From contig NC_135668.1 of NCBI RefSeq assembly GCF_964188315.1, positions 46,996,001-47,060,000 on the forward strand: DNA of 64,000 nucleotides, read 5' to 3'. Source of the stretch: Podarcis muralis (taxonomy: Eukaryota). The notes under the pieces were generated by a model that made no database searches, was not told the origin of the DNA, and was given only the letters and a program-made list of their open reading frames with translations. Shown here one piece after another: positions 35,880 to 48,436 of the stretch; position 1 is the first letter of the stretch, and each line of letters opens with the position of its first letter. Made by a program: the position numbers and the translations under genes.

Positions 35880-37487
35880 TTGCGCAAGTAAATGGGGCGC
35901 AAGTAAATGGGGTCCCAAGCGCAAGTAAATGGGGCTAACTCCCAAGTAAATGTGGTTTGAGAGGTTACTGGTTTGAGATACCAGAAGACGAAAGCATGGG
36001 ATTAGAACATAAATAAAATTCGCTGCACAAGACTAGGTGCAAATTCTGCACGTAAAGGGAACAAAACCAAAAGGTGGATTGACACAGGAGGAAAGAAAGA
36101 GGTTATTACTTCAAGGAAACCCAGCAAGTCCTAACACATCCAGGATGTCATCCTCATCTGTGCCAGTTCTCAGGCACCATTAAAGATTTAGGGCAAAGTT
36201 TTACCCTAAACCAGGGGTGGGAGAACCGGAGGCTTGCAGGCAAATGTGGCTCTCTGGGCTTCTCTATCTGGCCCCATAGATTCTCCCTACAACACGTGCC
36301 CCTCTCCCTAGATTGCAACCCCTTGCGAAACCTGTTTCTTACTCTCTTTGAATGCTTTTCCCTGGCTGGGAAATGTTCTGGTAATTCCCCTTATATGCCT
36401 GGATGGAGGATGGGAAGAGGGGTGTGGGTGTGTGGCCGACTTGCACGCCTGGAATGTCGGCTACTGTGCAAACGCTTAAGAGTCACACCCCTTGGTCCAC
36501 CCGCTTTTGCACCTGCTCCCACTCATTGCTGACAGGCAGCCTCCAGAAGGTTTTGAAGAATTATGTAATTATTATTAATTAAATTTGTAAACCACACCAT
36601 ACCTGCAGGTCTCAGGGTGGTTACAACATAAAATCACAAATAGATGGTAGAAGTTGCTCCACCCCGTCGTAACTTAATCAGCAGAAAGCCGAGAGCGGCA
36701 CAGTTTTCACGCTATGGCTGCCGTGACCTCTATAAGCAAATGTACTGTTCTCAATCTTTTTTGTGATTTTATGTACTCGGTACACACACACATGAACGCA
36801 GCCAACTTGCAGCTGATTTGGGGAAACAACTTCAACTGTTCTGAATTTGAATTAGGCTAACTTCAGTACTTTATCTTTTTTTCTGCGAGGGCTGCAAGCT
36901 TTAATTGGTTTAACTGGTCAAGGACTCAGCTAAAGGCTGAGTTGGTTTAATTGTTGGGGCTGAGATTTAAAGATAAACACTTTTCCATCTCTTGCAATCC
37001 TACCATAGAGGTGCTAAATAAAGATGGGCTTTCCTTTTGGCAACGAGAGCTAGCTTTTATTTACTGCCTTGCAATACACTTCCTTCAAAGTATCAAGAAA
37101 AGCATTCAAACTGTGCTGGCTGGAGTTCATGGGCGACACCAGATTGGCAAAGCTGGCTTAAGCTATGAAGGAGTATACGCAGAATTTGAATCTTGCTTTT
37201 GGCATAAACTTTGGAGGGTCTCAGGCAAGGTTCTCCCTTTCTGCCTCTGCTTCTCCCACCTGAAACATATTACACGCCTATCCTGCAGAATTATAAATGC
37301 CATATGTGGAACGCATTGTATTTCTTTAATGCTTTAGAGTTTAAAATTATATTAACCCTTATTATTTATTTGCAGCAAGAGAAATCAATCCACTAAGCTG
37401 CATTGGCACAAGCTTCTCTCTCCCACGGTGCTGATTATCTCATGACAGAGGACCTTATTTAAAGTGTGCCAGCCAGGAAGGGCTTAC

Positions 37488-37655
37488 CTGGGACCTTGTC
37501 GACAGACGCAAACACGGAGCGTTGTACGGTAGGGTCGCAGCTGCCACGTCGGGCTTGGTCGTAAAACCGGAACGGCAGGTGCTGAGATGCAGAAGCTGAG
37601 CTATGTCCAAAGCCCATCACTTCGTTTGAAGGCTGGACCGGAAGGTCTAGGAGAG
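37488..37655 (-). CDS. CLEC16A: CLEC16A exon (~22): ALLDLPVQPSNEVMGFGHSSASASQHLPFRFYDQARRGSCDPTVQRSVFASVDKVP
   Basis: 168 bp; aaacccag| and |gtaagc; lies within ORF 37459..37674. Confidence 0.96.
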
Positions 37656-38837
37656 CTGGGTTTAAACGAGACACATTTCAAAATCTACATCAGCTGAAGA
37701 ACCTGGAACCTCAGCTTGTCAAAACCGTGCCTAGGGATGATGGGAGTTGTAGTCCAACAACATCCGGAGGACTACAGACTCCCTATCCCTGGGTTACCAA
37801 AATGTAACAAGCTTTCTAAATTCAGATCTTTATCCCACAGTTGGTATCTCTAAACTGGATCTGCAACGTGTTTTACGTACGCACTGCTGTTGTTTTAAAC
37901 GGTTTTTAAAGCTTCTATCTGTAAAACAAGCTTAACTGCTTTTGTATTGCAAGTATTTTAACTGTTTTTCTATATGTAACTGTTTCACACATGTTTTATT
38001 CCTTGGGATGTGATAAATAAATAAATAAATGGCCCTTGCAGCTGTGACAATTCTCCGAATTCAGATTGTTGCAAATTTTCCACAGAATGGGAGTTTTGAT
38101 ATTATCACAATGGATGGGAAGAATTCACTCTGGTCAGGGATGGGGAATGTGGTGTTCTGCAGGTGCGGATGGGCTACAGCACTGCTCATCCCTGACCACC
38201 GGCCACGCTGGCCCAAGCTGATGGGAATCGGAGCCAGCCAAAAAATACATCTGGAGGGACACAGGCTTCCCGCATCACCCTTGCGTTTGCTACAAGACAA
38301 TTGCCAAGAACAAGCAAAACAGTACATAATGGGGAGGGAACAAATTTTTGGAAAAAGCCAACTTTTGATTATGAGAAAGATGACAATTTTGCAGGGTCTT
38401 TTGGTACTGGAGAATCAATGCTGAGCGTTTCTGGAAGTTTACAAAACTAATGATGTTAACGCTGCATCCAATGCTAGTATGTATCCCATGCTAGTCCTAC
38501 TCAGAGTAGGCCCATTGAAATTAATGGACATGTAGAATGATGGTACATGTTTTGTTTTAAGTTTATTGCTGTTTTTACTTTTATTTTTTGAATGCCGGGC
38601 AGCAGATTTGGGGGCTGTTAAGGGCAGCACAGCAAGCGGGGAGCAGGTTCAAAGTTCACTGGGCAGTCCTCTTGTGCAAATCCCACTAAAGTGAACGTAG
38701 TTGTGCAACAGCATGTGAGTAAATAACTTAAGCTTGCGGGTATGAACAGAGCACTACTATGGATGTTACAGGTATAGACTTTTACCATGTACGCAACATT
38801 GTTCTCCTTTTCTATACAATGCTTGTTTTGCTTTCAA

Positions 38838-38932
38838 TTGTTGTTGTTTAGTCGTTTAGTTGTGTCCGACTCTTCGTGACCCCATGGACCAGAGCACGCC
38901 AGGCACTCCTGTCTTCCACTGCCTCCCGCAGC
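38838..38932 (-). mobile_element. RTE/BovB-type LINE 3' end, 5'-truncated
   Basis: 'gttgtttagtcgtttagttgtgtccgactcttcgtgaccccatggac..gcacgccaggc' resembles the BovB terminus; TSD tttgctttca (38827 / 38933). Confidence 0.8.
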
Positions 38933-39377
38933 TTTGCTTTCAGTTACCAAGCCAGAAATCAGGGATAAGGGGCCTTTTTCATCCCCACAAAAGCATTCTC
39001 TTCTGTGCAACCTTTCAGAGTCAACATGCCAGTGGTGGGCAAGGCCAGAAGCAAAAGCAGGCGGAACAATGAATGTAAATTTTACCTTCCTACAAGGAGA
39101 CGGGTCTCTACTCACTCAACCCTTTCTATCCCCCTCTGTCCATGGAGCAAAGCTCTGATTCAATGATGTGTTCCAGTCAGGCACACACCCACCCAATGAG
39201 GGTGTAAAGAAGGGCTGGCGAGAGGTGTAACCTAGGGAGAGTCCCAAGGGCCAGGAAGAGAGGTCTGATGGGCCGCATTTGGCCCTGGTCCTGAGGTTCC
39301 CTTTCCCCAGTGTAAAGCAATGCAACTTTACGAGCGGTAAGGAAACACGGTACGTTTATCTGGAGAGCGAGAGTTAC

Positions 39378-39582
39378 CTGCTATTCTTTGCATTTTCATA
39401 CGCCGAGCCTGGATGCGGCCCTTTGCCAAGCGCTGCTTCGCAATGATGCAACGGATGTGATCCGAAAAGATGAAGGTGGCCTGAAGGATGGGGAAGGGCT
39501 TGGAATGGGGGCTGGAGGCTGGCTTGTGAATGATGATATTCAGGGCACGGCTGTCGTCTTCAACTCCGGTCACCTGCATATC
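39378..39582 (-). CDS. CLEC16A: CLEC16A exon (~21): DMQVTGVEDDSRALNIIIHKPASSPHSKPFPILQATFIFSDHIRCIIAKQRLAKGRIQARRMKMQRIA
   Basis: 205 bp; ccaccccag| and |gtaact; lies within ORF 39328..39579. Confidence 0.97.
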
Positions 39583-41398
39583 CTGGGGTGGAGGTGGGAA
39601 AGTAGAGAAGAGATAGAATTAAGACCCAGATTCTTGTCACTGCACCATGCTCACCCAAGGATAAAGTTGGAGCATAGCAAGGTATGAGAGACCAGAACTG
39701 GGTGGGCTCTACTACAGCTCAACGGCAGAGCTCAAAATGTTCAATGTAGGAGGGGGTTAGGGTCCCATTTCACAGCATCTCCCATAGCAGGGCTGGGTAA
39801 GACCCCTCTCCTGCAAGGCCTTTGTCTAGCAGCATCTTTCAATGTAGACGGGCTAGACAGACTGAGTGGTGTGGCTCAGGCTGCTTCACATTTCAGGTTC
39901 TCAAAAGGAAGGGGCATTGAGGACGAGGAGATTCCTTGCCAAAACACAGGCACAGATGCAACCAGCACAGAGACTGAGCTTCCAGCCAAGCCTCATATGA
40001 AATGAGTCCTGACTCGACCTGTTTTAGCTGTGTCAGTCTAACTCCCAGCTGAGTATGCCTAGGATTAAGAGGAATTTTCTGAGTGGGAACCACTCCTCAA
40101 AGTCCAGCTGACTGAGCCGTGAGAGATGGATCCACCAGCTTCTTTGGGATCCGCTAAACGAGGGATGGGGAACATTTGACCCTGTTGTTATACTACAAAT
40201 CCCATTGCCCATGAGCACTGGCCATGCTGACCTAAGCAGATGGGAGTTGGAGTCCAGCAACGTCTGCACCAGATGATGTTTCCAGGAAGCCTCCTAGCAT
40301 TGCTGTACAGTCTTATAGGCAACTCTCCTCAGAATCTGTGCTGTCTCCAGATCATTACTCACAGCTGACCCCACGGGGGGGGGGGGGGGGGAGGCAGCTT
40401 TTGCATGGGTCAGAACTGGTGTCAAGCAGTGCATGCAGTGCAGTGGGTTTCCTGGGAAACAAATCCCTATGCAAATTGGGCCAATTTGCACCTGAAAATG
40501 TCCAGTTTGCACTGAAAAATTTGTTCTAATGCTGTGGAGAGTGATCTAATTTGGCACATTCATTTTACATGTGTTTAGTAAACAAAGCTTTGAAATGGTC
40601 AAGTATGCCTGATATCGCATTTGTGGCATTCATTGTTACTAATGAACTTATGTGGAATGAAGAGTTTTCCGTTAAGGTAGCCAAGGCAGCAAAGGCAATG
40701 AATATTACTCTGACAGGGAGGGAAGTGTGGCAGAAAGGAACTTCCGTACATTGCAGAAATGCTTTCTCACAGAACCCTGTTCTGAAAATGTATCCCTAGT
40801 AGTAGTATTTAAATCACGTGTTCTGCGACACACAAGGTAAGACATAAATTCCACTGTATTTAATGTTTAACAGAGTACTGTGTTTTAATACTTTGTTGGA
40901 AGCTGCCCAGAGTGGCTGGGGAAACCCAGCCAGATGGGCGGGGTATAATAAATTATTATTAATATTATAAATACATTTTGCTGGGACAAGCCTTAATCAA
41001 GTAATCTGCCTGTTACCCCAGGAAGCTGAGCCAGAGCATTGGGTCCATCAAGAACAGTATTGTATACACTGGTCGGACAAAGGCTTTTATGGGATATAGA
41101 CAGGGGGTCTTTCATAGCCCTTCCTGGGGCATTCGGCATGCAAAGCAGATGCTCTACCACTCAGTGAATGTCATGCAAACAATTCAGAAGGTCCTGTGCC
41201 TGCCCCAAACCCCTCCACTTGCAGGAGAAACACAGCAAGGCAGAGTGGTTTTGCTCAACTTGGGAGTAAGGCTTGTGCCTCACTGCCTTAAGGCAATCTT
41301 TGTTCACCACTGGTGACCAAGGATGCCTCATCCCCCTAGAGCACAAGGTTTGATTCATTATACTTGCTGGTTTAAACCTTACCATCTTTTACACTCAC

Positions 41399-41550
41399 CT
41401 GGAGAAGACCTGCAAACTTCACCACTCCCCAGCCTAAGCGGGCAACGTCCGGCTCCACCAAACTCATTTGGTAAATATCCACTGCCAGAAACCTCTGGAC
41501 TTGACCGCCATCTTTTGTGATCACAGTGCAGGCAATTAAATCACTGTTAT
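41399..41550 (-). CDS. CLEC16A: CLEC16A exon (~20): NNSDLIACTVITKDGGQVQRFLAVDIYQMSLVEPDVARLGWGVVKFAGLLQ
   Basis: 152 bp; ccatttcag| and |gtgagt; lies within ORF 41372..41599. Confidence 0.97.
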
Positions 41551-41782
41551 CTGAAATGGAAAAAGGAGGGGAGGGGAGAGGAAGCATCATCAGAGGCAAT
41601 TGGTTACTTTCCTAGAAAACAATATTCTCAAGAGGTACCTTTGATTGTAGTGCTTTCATATTCTCAACTAGTTTTGTTGACATCTACACCAATCTACTGC
41701 ACGCATTTTTTCTTGCTACACTGTTCAATACAGCCTTCTCCAACCTGGTGCCCTCCAGATGTCTCTGGACCACAACACTGAG

Positions 41783-42080
41783 GTCCAGCGCCGAGGGCCT
41801 TCTGGCGGTTCCCTCACTGCGAGAAGCAAAGTTACAGGGAACCAGGCAGAGGGCCTTCTTGGTAGTGGCGCCCACCCTATGGAACACGCTCCCATTAGAT
41901 GTCAAGGAAATCAAAAACTACAGTATCGGACTTTTGTAAGACATCTGAAGGCAGCCCTGTATAGGGACTTTTAAAAAGTTTGATGTTTTATCATATTTTT
42001 AATATTCTGTTGGGAGCCGCCCAGAGTGGTTGGGAAAACCTAGCCAGATGGGCAGGATATGAATATATTATTATTGTTAT
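41783..42080 (+). mobile_element. L2-type 3' fragment inserted into a short hAT MITE (~41731-42165)
   Basis: Same family as 500-1015; MITE halves (ccaacctggtgccctccagatg.. and ..actcccataatcc) flank it. Confidence 0.75.
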
Positions 42081-43980
42081 TACTCCCATAATCCCTTGAC
42101 AGTTTGCCATGCTAGTGAAGATAGGCGTTGGAATCCAACAATATTTGGTGGACAATAGGTTGTGGATGGCTGCAATGATGCTTTTCTGGGAATAAATCCC
42201 TTGTGTGTTAAGAGACCCACACACAGCAACCCTAGCTGTCCTGGAAGCAAGCACAGCCTGAGCACAACAGCACTCTCCCCTGCTGTGATTTCCAGCAGCT
42301 GGTATTCAGAATCTAGCTGCCTCTGACGGTTGAGGTAGAGTCTAGCCATCGCGGCTAGCAGCCACTGAGATCCTTGCCCTCCATTACTTTGTCTAGTTCT
42401 CTTTTAAAAACCATCCACCTTGAGGGCCAGCACTACCACTTGTGGAAACAAAGTCCACAGTTTAACTTGTGTTTTGCAAAGAAGCAGTTTCTTTTGTCTG
42501 CCCCGAATCTTCCAACGTTCACCTTCCCTGGATGTCCACAAATTCTAGTACCGTGAGGGAGGGAGAAAGGCTTTTCTCTGTCCGGTTTCTGCACAACACG
42601 TCTCCTCTTACTTGCCTTTTGTTCTTAACTGAAAAGTCCAAAATGTCCTGATGCGTCCCCTTCCTATTAAGGAGAGGTGCATTACATACTGACTGAAATA
42701 ATGTGTTTGTGCTTCTGCAATACAACCAAGCTAAGTGTACACCCATTTCCTTGGAAAGGAGGGGTAAGCCGGCCAAACTACATAGTTTTTGGTTCCTCGT
42801 TAAGGGACATCTGGTGCTCTAAGCAACCATAAACATGCTCTGCATGTATAGGAGCAGCCTTTTGGGTGGGGATGCAAGCTCACAAGTAGGAGGTGCCACA
42901 GAAAAACCTCCATCTCCAACTGGTCCCCAAGTGATGTAAAGTCTTGCAAAGTCCGGGCTAGACCAATGAAAGCATCTCTCTCCCCCCACCCCATTATCTA
43001 AACCTACAGCAAAATCTCTGTGGGGGAAAATGGCTAGTCTCCACAGACTATAAATAATGTGAATTTCCAGGAAAAGTGACCAATCTGATATTTAATCTTT
43101 GCAATGGCAAAAATATCAGGGGGCTGGGGAACTGTGTGCGCTTAGACAAGAGACATTGGAAAACTGAACTGCGAAATGCACTTTAATGCCTCATAGCTCA
43201 ATTGTGATTGTTCTATAAAAACAGAGGAAGGTTACAGGAATATACATTAAACTGCATCAATGAAGCAGGGGGAGGCAGGTACCAATCAAACAATCAATAT
43301 GCAGGAAACGACGACACCATTACATTTGAAAGCCAAAAAAGAATATTGCAATTTGATTTGCTTTAAGAACACCCATATAAAATACCCGACAGATAGATTA
43401 TAATCACATTTCCCGTTAGCTTACAAGCTGCTCACTTAAATTCTGCACAGGGAGTTCATTTCCTGACAGAACCAAGGCTAAAAACTCAAATGTACACAAT
43501 TCCTAGGACCATAAGAAATGGTGTCAATTCAGCCTTGACATTTCCTTAAATAACATCTAATTGGCAGTGCATTGCCTATTCTCCAAACGGCAATTTCACA
43601 GTCATGCTCCACGTCTTGTGCTAACAGATGTGCACAGATGTTGTCAGCACATTGCAAAACAAAGTGTTGACTCCAAGACATTTCAGCGCTCCCTTTGTAG
43701 CAGAAACTCATGCCCATTTCCACGTCTTGTGGTAGCAAATTCCACGAATCCGTCCTGTGTTGGGTGAAGAAGTGCTTTCCTCTCTCCTAAATCTACTGCC
43801 AGTCCATTTAAATGGAGGAGCCTACGTTCTAGAATTATGAGAGAGGGAGGGGAGAAAATTCTTTCTTTAATGCTTCATTTCCACCATGCAAAATTCTATC
43901 AATATCCTGCAAGCAGGAGTGGAGCACAAGAGCTCTCTCCCCTGGCATTCAGAAGCTTTACTACCTCCCACTGTAGAGGT

Positions 43981-44330
43981 GGGATGCGGGTGGCGCTGTG
44001 GGTTAAACCACAGAGCCTAGGACTTGCTGATCAGAAGGTCGGCGGTTCGAATCCCCGCGACGGGGTGAGCTCCCATTGCTCGGTCCCTGCTCCTGCCAAC
44101 CTAGCAGTTCGAAAGCACGCCAGCGCAAGTAGATAAATGGTTACCGCTCCGGCGGGAAGGTAAACGGCGTTTCCGTGCGCTGCTCTGGTTTGCCAGAAGC
44201 GGCTTAGTCATGCTGGCCACATGACCCGGAAGCTGTATGCCGGCTCCCTCGGCCAATAAAGCGAGATGCGCGCCGCAACCCCAGAGTCGGTCACGACTGG
44301 ACCTAATGGTCAGGGGTCCCTTTACCTTTT
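43981..44330 (+). mobile_element. Full-length Sauria SINE, subfamily B
   Basis: Sauria head and tail; imperfect TSD actgt(a/g)gagg. Confidence 0.92.
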
Positions 44331-45285
44331 TACTGTGGAGGCAGAGCAGAGCCATTGTGGGTAGAAGCCATTGATAGCCCTCTCTTCCATGAATTTGTCT
44401 AATCCTCTTTTAAAAGCATCCAAGTTGGTGGCCACCACCGTCTCCTGTGAGAGTGAGTGCCACAGTTTAACTATGTGCTGCAGGAAGGACTTTCTTCATC
44501 TGTCCTAAATCTTCCATCATTCAGCTTCACTGCATGTTCATGAGTTCTAGTGTTCTAAAAGAGGATAAAAACTTTTCTCTATCCACTTTCTCTAAACATG
44601 TTCCCTTTTCCTGACCGGGAAAGTACGCCAACCACCTGAGATAATTTCAAGTATCTTTTTTTTAAAAAAAATCTAGGGTGCAGTTTTTGAGACAGTGTCA
44701 AGAATCGTACACAGTATTTAAAAAGGTAGCTGCAACATAGTGTTAGATATGGGAACTAAAACACTGGCTGTTTCATTTACTTACTATTCCTTTCCTAGCA
44801 ATTCTCATACTCAAGAGAAGGACCTCTGAAATCAGTGGGCTGACATTGATTTATTTAACCATTTATGAACTGCTTGAAAAGTCAAAGGACACCAAAGTGA
44901 TGTACAGCAAAAATAAAATACAAAGTATACAAATTCTTAAAACAAGGAAACCATTCCCGTGGATTTACACTTAGTATTTCATATATGACTAGGTCACGTC
45001 TCAGGAAAGACTTGAAACAAACCGTCTTCAGTAGGCATCCAAACACCACGATGCTGGGCACCTGTTTAATTCCAGTTGGTAACCAATTCCAGAGGACTGG
45101 AGCCGCAGCACTAAGAGACCAATTTCTAGTACAGACTAAGCACACCTCTGGGACATGCAGTACTCTCAGCAGTGCCCCATCTGAGCCGTGCAGTTGCCAA
45201 GCGGGGATATAAGGGGCAAACTGGCCCCTTAGGTAATCTGGTCTCATGTTATCTACCATACAATGTTATCTACCATACAAGTTAT

Positions 45286-45461
45286 AGGGAACCAGGCAGA
45301 GGGCCTTCTTGGTAGTGGCGCCCTCCCTGTGGAATGCCCTCCCACCAGATCTCAAAGAGAAAAACAACTACCAGACTTTTAGAAGACATCTCAAGGTGGC
45401 CCTGTTTAGTGAGGCTTTTAATGTTTGATGTAGCCTAGCGAGATGGGTGGGGTATAAATAA

Positions 45462-45480
<19 letters not shown>
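45286..45480 (+). mobile_element. L2-type 3' fragment with (ATT)n tail
   Basis: agggaaccaggcagagggccttcttggtagtggcgccc shared with the 41.8-kb copy. Confidence 0.75.
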
Positions 45481-45493
<13 letters not shown>

Positions 45494-46667
45494 CATCATC
45501 ATCATCATCATCTAGATCCATTAATTTCAGTGGGTCAACTTCCAAGTGCGAGTAACATCACCCATGGAATTTAGCTTTCAGCAGACTTTGATCTCGGAAT
45601 AGCACATGCTCACAGTGGCTACAGATCCTGATATTTTGATTGGGAGTACCAATGCCTCTTCCAGAAGCCTGTGCAGTGGGGCGGGTGCAACGGAGATCTC
45701 TCACAACTACATCGCTGTTTTATTCAAGTGAGCTGGAGCAGCTGGGCTTGTTTGATGTCGCCGGCCGAGGGAGGGCCAGATGAATTGACTTAAGGCTCAA
45801 CTGCCTAGAACAGCCATTACAGTAAGATTAATTCTTTGAAATACCAAATATGACTGACATTTTCTATTAATATGTATTGCATGTGCCAAGATGGAAACAA
45901 GGACTCTAGATTTCCCAGCAAACGCAATTTATTTTCATAACAAAAGAGCGGGGCATTACCAGAATGTCGTATGGCTATTTTGGGTATTCATGACTTCCAG
46001 TTAGTGTTACTTTGGCAACAGGTTTTTTTAACCCTCCCATCAAAAACAAAGATAAAGACCCTCACAAATAAAAAAATGCCCCTACTTGCCCATTTGTGAG
46101 GGGGAACCAGCCCTCTTCTCCTAGCTCAGATACCCCTCACTTTAAGAACTGCTTCGCCATTTGCATCACCACTGAACCCAACTTAGGCAGCCAGGATGAT
46201 AATAGGGCAGCCTTCAACAATCTGGTCACCTCCAGAAGCTCTTGGAGGTAGATGGAGACTAGGAGTAGAAGAGTCAAGAGATGTGGAGATCCCCCAACAT
46301 TCTTTACTTGTTCCCACTCCAAAAATTTTTGCAAGTCTCTTCTAAGCTCAACCACTTGATCTAGGAGGCTCCAAACATTTGCCGGGACAAAGGAAAACCA
46401 TAGGGATCTTATTATGCATTGTGGGCAGCTTTGCAAAGGCCCAGTCTTTGGAAGAGCAGGGAACTCAAGTTATTCTTGCAAAAACTCCTCTCTCCCTTTT
46501 CGAGTGAGAAAAAGAGGGGTTTAGCAAACCCCAACAGGACCAGGAAGCCTAGGCATTCCAGTTCAGCACTGTCTTGTTAATCCTTATTTTTCTCCCCCTG
46601 AGGCTTTGAATGGCTTTCTTTGGAGAATGCACTTTTGTCCTCATTCCAAGTGCCACTGTTTACTCAC

Positions 46668-46788
46668 TCAAGTCTAGGACGTCGTCGGTTTTAATTAAGT
46701 CCTCCTCCCTCGTCAACGGCAGCTGAGTCTCTGGCTCATCCTGGAGGTGCAGTGACAGGGACCGCATCATGAAGAAGACTCTGATTGC
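46668..46788 (-). CDS. CLEC16A: CLEC16A exon (~19): AIRVFFMMRSLSLHLQDEPETQLPLTREEDLIKTDDVLDL
   Basis: 121 bp; gtgttttcag| and |gtgagt. Confidence 0.96.
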
Positions 46789-47761
46789 CTGAAAACACAA
46801 GTGAGAAAAGCGGATTCTTTCTTTTTAAAGGTAATAATAATAATAAACCAAAACCTGGCTTAGATTAGGGTGGGGACCTCTGGCCTGTGGGCAATTTGGC
46901 CACTGAGGACATCTTCCCCCTACCAAGTCCCCCTGCCCCACACCTGACATCATACATGTGAGAGGCAAAGTAAGGATGTGGCTCCAGAGGAACAATCGGA
47001 TGAGCTTCCAGTTGTTCCCTAGGCAAGTGGGGCTTGCTGATAGCACACAGATCTTAATGCCACTGTACAACCTATGGGGAGCAATGGGATTCCTGACCAC
47101 CATCCGTCCCAGTCCCCCCCCCCAATGTTTACCAGAATCATGGGGCACTGCTGCTATCCCATCTTAGACAAGGCCCTGCCAGGTGAAGGCTAATGGAGAA
47201 TCACTCCTTACTCTGGCTTTGTTGTACTGGAAATAAATATTTCTTTTTAGCAGCCCTGGCAGTGGAAGGGGAGGCGGCAAATAATCACCCAATGGTGATT
47301 TCATCTGGCCGAAAAGGAGGCTTACTTGAAGGGTCTGCTGAAGGGACCCGATACAGGGACTCCGGGGAATATCTTTAACTATGAGTAGGTTCCCTATTTT
47401 TTTGCAGGAGAGCGTAGTTTTTTATGCATTCTGTATCCAAATAATATATAGGGCTCTGAAAATCAACAGCAGTATCTGGAACTGGCCTGGAAATTCATTG
47501 GCAGCCAGTGAACCTGTTTGTTTGTTTTCTTTAATTGAACCTTGTTTTTTCTGCAGCTAAGAGGCCTGGCGGTTGCCTCTGAAACCAATTCTAGTTTCCG
47601 AGAACCTTCTGGTGAAAACCTCGCATCATAAATTGAGCCTGAATAACCTCGGCCAGGCTCATTTTTACTTAGGAAAGGGGGCAACTGGAGCATTCACCTG
47701 TGTTAGTCAAAGCAATAAGCCCTAAAGGGCTCTACAAGAAGGAAGTGGTTTGTGGCTTTCT

Positions 47762-47928
47762 NNNNNNNNNNNNNNNNNNNNNNNNNNNNNNNNNNNNNNN
47801 NNNNNNNNNNNNNNNNNNNNNNNNNNNNNNNNNNNNNNNNNNNNNNNNNNNNNNNNNNNNNNNNNNNNNNNNNNNNNNNNNNNNNNNNNNNNNNNNNNNN
47901 NNNNNNNNNNNNNNNNNNNNNNNNNNNN
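47762..47928. other. Assembly gap (167 N)
   Basis: Direct reading. Confidence 1.
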
Positions 47929-48024
47929 CCTTTGTTTTTAAGAACAAATTTGGGGCATGAAGAGGAAGGTAACCACCACCACTTATTTCTGCAAAGAGAT
48001 GACAGATTAAAGGAGAAAGCTTCA

Positions 48025-48230
48025 TCAGCTAAATAGTTTGAGGATCTATGCAACTTTCTAACATGTAGAAAACAGCAGTCTCAGAGAAACCAAAGACTGG
48101 AACTGAGGGAAGTTGGGGGGTGGGGGCGGGTGGGTTTTGTGTGGGAGGGAGGAAAAATGGGGGGGGGGGACAAGGATGATATGTTTTTGGATAACATGTT
48201 TTGTTTTAATTTTGAATAAAAAAAATTAAA
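48025..48230 (+). mobile_element. 5'-truncated poly(A) retro-insertion, L1-like 3' end
   Basis: 16-bp TSD aaaggagaaagcttca (48009-48024 / 48231-48246), TT/AAA target, G-rich tract, AATAAA and A-rich tail. Confidence 0.75.
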
Positions 48231-48340
48231 AAAGGAGAAAGCTTCAAACAGCTGGTCTAGCTTTGCCTGCTTTAAAAGATAAGTGCATTAGCTTTGGAAA
48301 TCAGGATGGAATGGCCCAAGGCTCACACAGAAGAAGAAAA

Positions 48341-48436
48341 AAAGTGTTTCTGAACTTCAGAAAACAACTCTGCTAGCTAATCCTCAAAAAAGTGTTTCTG
48401 AACTTCAGAAAACAACTCTGCTAGCTAATCCTCAAA
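48341..48436. repeat. Exact tandem duplication, 2 x 48 bp
   Basis: aaagtgtttctgaacttcagaaaacaactctgctagctaatcctcaaa occurs twice. Confidence 0.95.

Noticed and set aside
47700-48053. ORFs containing X runs
   Set aside because: Artefacts of the N gap.
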